A stretch of 32,000 nt of DNA, from contig JAIOPB010000059.1 of assembly GCA_021414105.1 (NCBI GenBank), positions 41,761 through 73,760 of the forward strand, given 5' to 3'. Position 1 is the first letter of the stretch. Each line of letters starts with the position of its first letter. This DNA is from Nitrosarchaeum sp. GTDB taxonomy: Archaea > Thermoproteota > Nitrososphaeria > Nitrososphaerales > Nitrosopumilaceae. Below are positions 26,582 to 32,000 of the stretch, piece after piece. Position numbers and translations under genes: made by a program. Below the pieces are notes generated by a model that worked only from the letters and a program-made list of their open reading frames with translations, ran no database searches and had not been told where the DNA came from.

Positions 26582-27190
26582 ATGGTACATCTTGCAATAT
26601 TTGATTATGGTGCTGGAAATATTTTCAGCCTAAAAAACTCACTTGAAAAAACAGGAGCTACTGTAGATGTTATCACTAATTTTGACAAGCCAAATATTTA
26701 TTCTGGGCTCTTACTTCCAGGAGTTGGGAATTTTGATCCTGCAATCAAAAGCATACGTAAATCATCAAAAACTAACTTTAATGATTATGTCAAAGATAGC
26801 ACTCCTGTTTTAGGAATTTGTCTTGGTATGGAAATGTTTTTTGAGAAAAGTGAAGAAGGAAATGAAAAGGGATTGGGTGTAATTAATGGCGATGTAATTA
26901 TTCTTCCATCATCAATGAAAGTTCCACATATGGGATGGAATAATTTAGAAATTAAAAAATCTGGTACAATACTTGAAGGAGTAAATGACAATGCTTGGGT
27001 TTATTTTGTACACTCGTACAGTGTAAAACCTACAAACAATGATATAATTACAGCAGAATCTGATTATGGAATTAAAGTACCTGCAGTTGTTGAGCAAGGT
27101 AACTTTTTTGGAACACAGTTTCATCCAGAAAAATCTGGCAAAGTAGGAAAAATCATGATTCAAAACTTTCTAGATGTGTGTAAAAAATGA
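26582..27190 (+). CDS. hisH: Imidazole glycerol phosphate synthase, glutamine amidotransferase subunit
   Basis: Catalytic GICLGMEMF and FGTQFHPEKS motifs. It starts immediately after the hisB TAA. Confidence 0.95.
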   Translation: MVHLAIFDYGAGNIFSLKNSLEKTGATVDVITNFDKPNIYSGLLLPGVGNFDPAIKSIRKSSKTNFNDYVKDSTPVLGICLGMEMFFEKSEEGNEKGLGVINGDVIILPSSMKVPHMGWNNLEIKKSGTILEGVNDNAWVYFVHSYSVKPTNNDIITAESDYGIKVPAVVEQGNFFGTQFHPEKSGKVGKIMIQNFLDVCKK

Positions 27191-27894
27191 AAGTTATTCC
27201 TGCAATTGATCTGATGAATGGTCAAGTAGTACGACTCTACAAAGGTGATCCTAACCAGAAAACTGTGTACAGTGATAATCCCATTGAAGTAGCAAAAAAA
27301 TGGGAAGCAAATGGTGCTGATATGCTTCACTTGGTAGATCTAGATGCAACTTTGGGTAGGGGCTCAAATCTTTTGATAATTAAAAAAATTCTTGAACAGA
27401 TCTCAATCCCAATTCAAGTCGCTGGTGGACTAAGAGATGAATCAATAATAACTGATGTTTCAAAAATTTCTAATAGGGTTGTTTTAGGTACATTTGCATT
27501 CAAAGACAAATCTACACTAAAAAAATTATTGTCTAATTTGGGACCTGAAAAAATTGTAATCTCTGTTGATCATATAGATGGTGAGATAGTGATACATGGA
27601 TGGCAAAAACAAACTGGCATTAAATTAATTGACGCTATGCAAGAATTTCTTGCAATGGGGTTTTCTGAATTTTTATTAACAAATGTTAGTCGTGATGGAA
27701 CGTTGCAAGGACCTGATTTGGAATTTTTAGAGCAAGCATGTCAATTAGATAAATCACATGTGATTGCAAGCGGAGGAATTTCAAATATAAAAGACATACA
27801 AGATGTAAAACAAAAAAATGCATTTGGAGTAATACTGGGTAAAGCACTTTATGAGAATAAAATTTCAATTGAGGAGGCAAAACAAATAGCATGA
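27187..27894 (+). CDS. hisA: ProFAR isomerase (1-(5-phosphoribosyl)-5-[(5-phosphoribosylamino)methylideneamino]imidazole-4-carboxamide isomerase)
   Basis: [20 protein letters not shown]-terminus, VAGGLR and ASGGIS motifs. ATGA overlap with hisH. Confidence 0.95.
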   Translation: MKVIPAIDLMNGQVVRLYKGDPNQKTVYSDNPIEVAKKWEANGADMLHLVDLDATLGRGSNLLIIKKILEQISIPIQVAGGLRDESIITDVSKISNRVVLGTFAFKDKSTLKKLLSNLGPEKIVISVDHIDGEIVIHGWQKQTGIKLIDAMQEFLAMGFSEFLLTNVSRDGTLQGPDLEFLEQACQLDKSHVIASGGISNIKDIQDVKQKNAFGVILGKALYENKISIEEAKQIA

Positions 27895-28694
27895 CTCTTA
27901 CAAAAAGAATAATTCCATGCCTTGATGTAAAAAATGGACGAGTAGTAAAGGGTCTACATTTTGAATCAATTAAAGATGCAGGAGACCCTGTAGAACTGGC
28001 TGAAAAATATAGTAATGAAGGTGCAGATGAACTTGTTTTTTTGGATATTACTGCATCTGATGAACAAAGAAAAACAATCAAGGATTTGGTTAGAAAAGTT
28101 GCAACAGTAATTGACATTCCATTTACAGTTGGTGGTGGTGTAAAATCATTGGAAGATGCAAGAAATATTTTACTTAATGGTGCTGACAAAGTAGGAATCA
28201 ACACAGGTGCAATAAAAAATCCTCAAGTTATTACTGAACTAATGGAATTATTTGGAAGACAATGTATTGTAATTGCAATTGATGCGAAAAGGAATTTTGA
28301 TATTCAAAAAGACAAAAACATTTTTTCTGAGAATGGAAAACAATTCTGGTTTGAAGTCTTCATTTATGGTGGAAAAGAAGCAACTGGCATTGATGTCATT
28401 GAATGGGCAAAAAAAGCTGAAAAACTGGGTGCAGGAGAAATACTTCTCACCAGCATTGATAAAGATGGTACAAAAGATGGATATGATATTTTATTAAATA
28501 AAGAAATTGCTAATTCTGTATCTATTCCAGTTATTGCATCTGGTGGATGTGGCAAACCCGATGATATGGTTGATGTCTTTAAGAAATCAAACGTTGATGC
28601 TGCTCTGGCAGCTTCTATATTTCACTATCAAACTCATGGTGTGAATGGAGTAAAGATGTATCTTAAAGACAAACAAATTCCTGTAAGATTATAA
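27891..28694 (+). CDS. hisF: Imidazole glycerol phosphate synthase, cyclase subunit
   Basis: [22 protein letters not shown] and ASGGCG motifs. ATGA overlap with hisA. Confidence 0.97.
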   Translation: MTLTKRIIPCLDVKNGRVVKGLHFESIKDAGDPVELAEKYSNEGADELVFLDITASDEQRKTIKDLVRKVATVIDIPFTVGGGVKSLEDARNILLNGADKVGINTGAIKNPQVITELMELFGRQCIVIAIDAKRNFDIQKDKNIFSENGKQFWFEVFIYGGKEATGIDVIEWAKKAEKLGAGEILLTSIDKDGTKDGYDILLNKEIANSVSIPVIASGGCGKPDDMVDVFKKSNVDAALAASIFHYQTHGVNGVKMYLKDKQIPVRL

Positions 28695-28717
28695 GCTATA
28701 CTTTGTGATTTAAAATA

Positions 28718-29047
28718 ATGAAAAAATCAATCGCTGATATTGATTTTGCAAAAAGTGACGGACTTGTTCCAGTAATTGTTCAAGACGCAAATACAAAAGA
28801 TGTGTTAACCCTAGCTTACTCTAACAAAGAATCACTTGAATTAACTAAAAAAACTGGTAACTCTTGGTTTTGGAGTCGTTCTAGAAACAAACTTTGGATG
28901 AAAGGTGAAGAATCTGGTAACACACAAAAAGTAAAAGAAATTCTTGTTGATTGTGATTCTGATGCAATTATTTATCTTGTAGAACCATCAGGACCAGCTT
29001 GTCATACTGGCGAGAAAGTTTGCTTTCATAATAACTTGGACAAATAA
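28718..29047 (+). CDS. hisI: Phosphoribosyl-AMP cyclohydrolase (monofunctional, no HisE domain)
   Basis: 109 aa with [31 protein letters not shown] and [12 protein letters not shown]. Confidence 0.93.
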   Translation: MKKSIADIDFAKSDGLVPVIVQDANTKDVLTLAYSNKESLELTKKTGNSWFWSRSRNKLWMKGEESGNTQKVKEILVDCDSDAIIYLVEPSGPACHTGEKVCFHNNLDK

Positions 29048-29048
29048 T

Positions 29049-29621
29049 CTAACAAACAGGTTCGATATCTGTTCCTGGAACAACATCTTTTGTTATCTCA
29101 AAATTTAGATTTGTATAATCTGTCCCTCTGAAAACCATTACCCACTTTCCTGTTATGTCATCAACTGAACATATTCCTCTAATTTTTGAAATTTGAGGAT
29201 TTAGATAATAATTGAATACTGGTTTTGTAGCTCCATCAAATGGAATGGTCAAATATACTGAGTAATGTGTATCATTTAGTGGTCTCATAACTGCAATCTG
29301 ACCTTTTTCGTTTGCATGCAATCCGTTCATTATTAGGAAAATCTTCTCACCTATGGCATATTGGCTTCGATCAATTTGAAACGGTCCTGAGCTAATCCAC
29401 TCTCTTTCTTTTGGTGAATACTCATTTTCCAAATTAATTTTTTCAATTTCATTTAATTTTTCTTGAATCTTTGTATTCTCCGTTTCTGGTTTTACTTCCT
29501 TATCTAATGTATCTTCAACTTCTATCACATCTGATTTCGTACTAGATATCAAAACTACAGCTAAAATAATTACAAAAATACTGACTCCTACTGCAATACC
29601 TATGCCCAGTCCTTTTTTCAT
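29049..29621 (-). CDS. Hypothetical membrane-anchored or secreted protein
   Basis: 190 aa with an N-terminal KKGLGIGIAVGVSIFVIILAVVLI helix, an acidic/lysine-rich linker and a C-terminal domain of about 120 aa containing two Cys. I recognised no family. Confidence 0.55.
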   Translation of the reverse strand: MKKGLGIGIAVGVSIFVIILAVVLISSTKSDVIEVEDTLDKEVKPETENTKIQEKLNEIEKINLENEYSPKEREWISSGPFQIDRSQYAIGEKIFLIMNGLHANEKGQIAVMRPLNDTHYSVYLTIPFDGATKPVFNYYLNPQISKIRGICSVDDITGKWVMVFRGTDYTNLNFEITKDVVPGTDIEPVC

Positions 29622-29666
29622 GTATTTTATTTTCTAAAAATATCTAAAAACCTTACTCATAATTGG

Positions 29667-29689
29667 AAAATCTATAAAACATAGATTTT
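29667..29689. repeat. Perfect 9-bp inverted repeat AAAATCTAT-(AAAAC)-ATAGATTTT in a divergent promoter region
   Basis: Read directly from the sequence: arms at 29667-29675 and 29681-29689, with a 5-nt spacer. Confidence 0.9.
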
Positions 29690-29834
29690 TTCTAAATTTT
29701 TCTTCAAACTATGCCTCTACAATTTTTTTATAAATATTAGATAATTTTCATTATATTTTTTAGTCAGTAAAGTTAAGTAATAGTTAACTTGATATTAGGA
29801 TTTTTTATGTACAGTCTGAAAGGAGAAACTAATC

Positions 29835-31049
29835 TTGGCTAGAACATCACTACAATGCAGAGAATGTAAAAAAGAATATGACACTGCTTTCAAGTATATC
29901 TGCGATGACTGTTTTGGACCTCTTGATGTAAAATATGACTTTCCCACAATTGCCAAGAATACATTTACAAACCGTGAACACACCTATTGGAGATATTTTG
30001 AATTATTGCCAATAGAAAACAAATCCAATATTGTCAGTATTGGTGCAGGAATGACACCTCTTATCAAAGCTGATAATCTTGGAAAAAAATTAGGATTAAA
30101 CAATCTTTACATCAAAAATGATTCTGTAAACCCGACATTTTCATTTAAAGACAGACCAGCAGGTGTTGCAATATCAAAGGCAAAGGAATTTGGATTATCT
30201 GCAGTAGGTTGTGCATCTACTGGCAATTTAGCATCTGCAACTGCAGCACATGCAGCTAAAGCTGGATTGCCATGTCATGTATTTGCACCAAGTAACATTG
30301 AGATGGCAAAAATCGCACAGGCATTATCATACGGCGCAAATTACATTGCAGTAGATGGAACATATGATGATGCAAATAGAATAGCTGCACAGATTGGTGA
30401 TAGTAAAGGAATTGGAATTGTAAATATTAACATGCGTTCTCATTATGTAGAAGGCTCCAAAACACTTGCATACGAAGTTGCAGAACAACTTGACTGGCAA
30501 GTTCCTGATCAACTTATAGTTCCTGTAGGAAGTGGCGCAATGCTAAATGCAATTTGCAAAGGATTTGAAGAATTACAAACAGTTTCATTATTAAATAATG
30601 TTTCAAATATGCACATGATAGCAGCACAACCACATGGATGCGCACCTATAGTTGATGCATTTAAGAAAAACAGCAAAGAAGTGATTCCAGTGGAGCATCC
30701 TGATACCATTGCAAAGAGTTTGGCAATAGGTGATCCCGGAGATGGTAGATATGTACTAAAAAGATTAGCACAATACAATGGATTTGCAGAAGAATGCAAC
30801 AATAAAGAAATTTTAGATGCAATATTGCTTTTGGCAAAAACTGAAGGAATATTCACAGAGCCTGCAGGCGGTGTCTCTGTTGCTGTACTTCAAAAGATGG
30901 TAGAGCAGGGAAAAATTGACAAAAATGACTCTGTAGTGTGCTATGTTACTGGAAATGGATTAAAAGCAACTGAGGCAATAATGGAAATTTTGCCAAAACC
31001 AAAAGTAATGAAGGCAAATATCAAAGAAATATCGGCGGTAGTAAACTAG
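29835..31049 (+). CDS. thrC: Threonine synthase family PLP enzyme with N-terminal zinc ribbon
   Basis: 404 aa with CRECKKEY...CDDCFGPLD, the PLP-lysine motif NPTFSFKDRPAG, GCASTGN, and the fold-type II C-terminal half. A TTG start is forced by the zinc ribbon at residue 8, and AAAGGAG lies 9 nt upstream. The gene symbol reflects the family only (see findings). Confidence 0.85.
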   Translation: MARTSLQCRECKKEYDTAFKYICDDCFGPLDVKYDFPTIAKNTFTNREHTYWRYFELLPIENKSNIVSIGAGMTPLIKADNLGKKLGLNNLYIKNDSVNPTFSFKDRPAGVAISKAKEFGLSAVGCASTGNLASATAAHAAKAGLPCHVFAPSNIEMAKIAQALSYGANYIAVDGTYDDANRIAAQIGDSKGIGIVNINMRSHYVEGSKTLAYEVAEQLDWQVPDQLIVPVGSGAMLNAICKGFEELQTVSLLNNVSNMHMIAAQPHGCAPIVDAFKKNSKEVIPVEHPDTIAKSLAIGDPGDGRYVLKRLAQYNGFAEECNNKEILDAILLLAKTEGIFTEPAGGVSVAVLQKMVEQGKIDKNDSVVCYVTGNGLKATEAIMEILPKPKVMKANIKEISAVVN

Positions 31050-31050
31050 A

Positions 31051-32000
31051 ATGGCAAACATCACATTTACAATTCCATCAGTACTAAATCAAGGAGGTGG
31101 AGAGAAAAAAACAGAGATCTCAGCTGATTCTCTAACTAGTGCGTTTACAAAAATATCTGAAATTATGGGTGATGACTTTAAGAGACGAGTCTTAGAAGGC
31201 AATGGAACCCCACGCTCTTTGATTAATATTTACATTAATGGAAAAAATGCAAAATTCTCTGATGGAATGAACACTACTCTAAATGATGGAGATGAGGTGT
31301 ATATTCTACCTGCAGTAGCTGGAGGCTCTGAACTGTCTGCAAAAGAACTAGATAGATTTTCAAGACAAGTAATGCTAGAAGAAATTGGCTATACTGGGCA
31401 ACTAAAACTAAAAAATTCTAAAGTGTGTGTTGTTGGCACTGGTGGTCTGGGAAATCCGATTATATCCAGATTAGCTGCAATGGGTGTTGGTACTTTACGA
31501 ATTGTTGATAGAGATGTAATAGAATTATCCAATTTACATCGTCAAACAATGTTTGATGAATCAGATGTTGGCCAAGTAAAAGTAGAAGTTGCTGCAAAAA
31601 AATTAAAAAAATTAAATTCTGATTGTAAAATAGAAGCCTTGGCTATTTCAGTAAATGATTACACTGCACTTGAAGTGATTGAAGGATGTGATGTTGTAAT
31701 TGATGCACTTGATAGTGTTAATGCAAGATATGCACTAAACAAAGCATGTGTTAAATTTGGAATTCCATTTGTTACCGGTGCTGCAGTTGGAGTATCAGGA
31801 CAAGCATTTACAGTTCTGCCAAAAGAATCTGCATGCTATTATTGCATGTTTCCTGAACTAAACGAAGATACAATGCCGACTTGCAGCATTGAAGGAGTGC
31901 ATCCATCAATACTTTCTATTGTTGGAGGAATTGAAGTATCAGAAGCTGTTAAAATTATCACTGGAAAAAAACCTAGTCTATCCCAAAGAATTCTTCACAT
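31051..32000 (+). CDS. In-frame fusion of a CysO/MoaD-like diglycine beta-grasp domain (aa 1-92) to a MoeB/ThiF/UBA-type E1 adenylyltransferase; 3' end beyond the window
   Basis: I translated this by hand. ATG 31051 opens 316 complete codons with no stop before the window end, which is why it is missing from the ORF track. Residues 1-92 end DGDEVYILPAVAGG. The E1 motifs LDRFSRQ, VVGTGGLGN, IVDRD, LSNLHRQ and CYYC follow. Confidence 0.85.
   Translation, partial: MANITFTIPSVLNQGGGEKKTEISADSLTSAFTKISEIMGDDFKRRVLEGNGTPRSLINIYINGKNAKFSDGMNTTLNDGDEVYILPAVAGGSELSAKELDRFSRQVMLEEIGYTGQLKLKNSKVCVVGTGGLGNPIISRLAAMGVGTLRIVDRDVIELSNLHRQTMFDESDVGQVKVEVAAKKLKKLNSDCKIEALAISVNDYTALEVIEGCDVVIDALDSVNARYALNKACVKFGIPFVTGAAVGVSGQAFTVLPKESACYYCMFPELNEDTMPTCSIEGVHPSILSIVGGIEVSEAVKIITGKKPSLSQRILH

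Noticed and set aside
27686-28204. A 172-aa ORF on the minus strand spanning the hisA/hisF junction. It is the longest unexplained ORF in the track.
   Set aside because: It is entirely antisense to two genes with unmistakable HisA and HisF motifs. Its sequence is low-complexity and S/L/F-rich, typical of a shadow frame in AT-rich coding DNA, and it has no promoter-like spacer.
29667-29695. The hairpin plus T-run (AAAATCTAT...ATAGATTTTTT) as an intrinsic terminator.
   Set aside because: The flanking genes diverge from this spacer, so no transcript is expected to end here. Archaeal termination also does not require hairpins. I kept it only as a possible regulator-binding palindrome.
31321-31374. 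GGAGG at the diglycine codons acting as a Shine-Dalgarno for a separately translated E1, giving two genes rather than a fusion.
   Set aside because: No stop codon follows GG. The first canonical in-frame start (ATG 31372) lies after the conserved RFSRQ arginine motif needed by MoeB/ThiF-type enzymes. Only a non-canonical CTG is available earlier.
1-32000. CRISPR arrays, transposons, toxin-antitoxin pairs or defence-system gene clusters.
   Set aside because: Reading the window and the ORF track, I found no regularly spaced direct repeats and no transposase, integrase, nuclease-helicase or methyltransferase signatures. Intergenic spacers are all under about 215 nt and are explained by promoters and terminators.

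Overview
This is a visibly AT-rich, very gene-dense archaeal chromosomal segment. The gene content (thermosome, ribosomal proteins L44e and S27e, Csl4, Dph2, TiaS, CobY-like and MptE-like proteins) and the sequence style suggest a Nitrosopumilus-like ammonia-oxidising thaumarchaeon. That assignment is inference; no search was run. I can support about 38 protein-coding genes and one tRNA. I saw no rRNA, CRISPR array, transposase, integrase or recognisable defence genes, so this is core housekeeping DNA rather than an accessory island.

Contents in order:
- cobS (5'-partial) and cobY
- rpl44e-rps27e operon
- adenine deaminase, thermosome subunit, ROK kinase
- a DUF2024-like plus 2H-phosphoesterase pair
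- a purine/pterin cluster: guaA, an orphan ORF, mptE-like, then divergent folP and guaB
- two orphan membrane proteins
- pheA, csl4, an MDR-family reductase, a TPR protein, dph2, tiaS
- an initiator tRNA-Met carrying a D-loop insertion
- a PQQ-type dehydrogenase coupled to a class-II-like HMG-CoA reductase
- a compact his operon: hisG-D-C-(HAD)-B-H-A-F-I
- an orphan anchored protein
- a ThrC-family gene followed 1 nt later by an ORF running off the window end. This ORF is absent from the supplied ORF track. It fuses a CysO/MoaD-like diglycine beta-grasp domain in frame to a MoeB/ThiF-type E1 domain.

Best leads:
1. The ThrC-like plus sulfur-carrier::E1 module, as a possible protein-thiocarboxylate amino-acid thiolation route, together with the odd Ubl-E1 polyprotein architecture.
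2. The large-cap HAD hydrolase embedded in the his operon, as a candidate for the histidinol-phosphate phosphatase step.
3. An MDR reductase that lacks the catalytic-zinc ligands and looks like an enoyl-thioester reductase.
4. A regular TATA-like element 22-29 nt upstream of start codons, which implies leaderless mRNAs.

Nothing here is demonstrably novel from sequence alone. All functional calls rest on motif recognition and memory of families, not on database searches.
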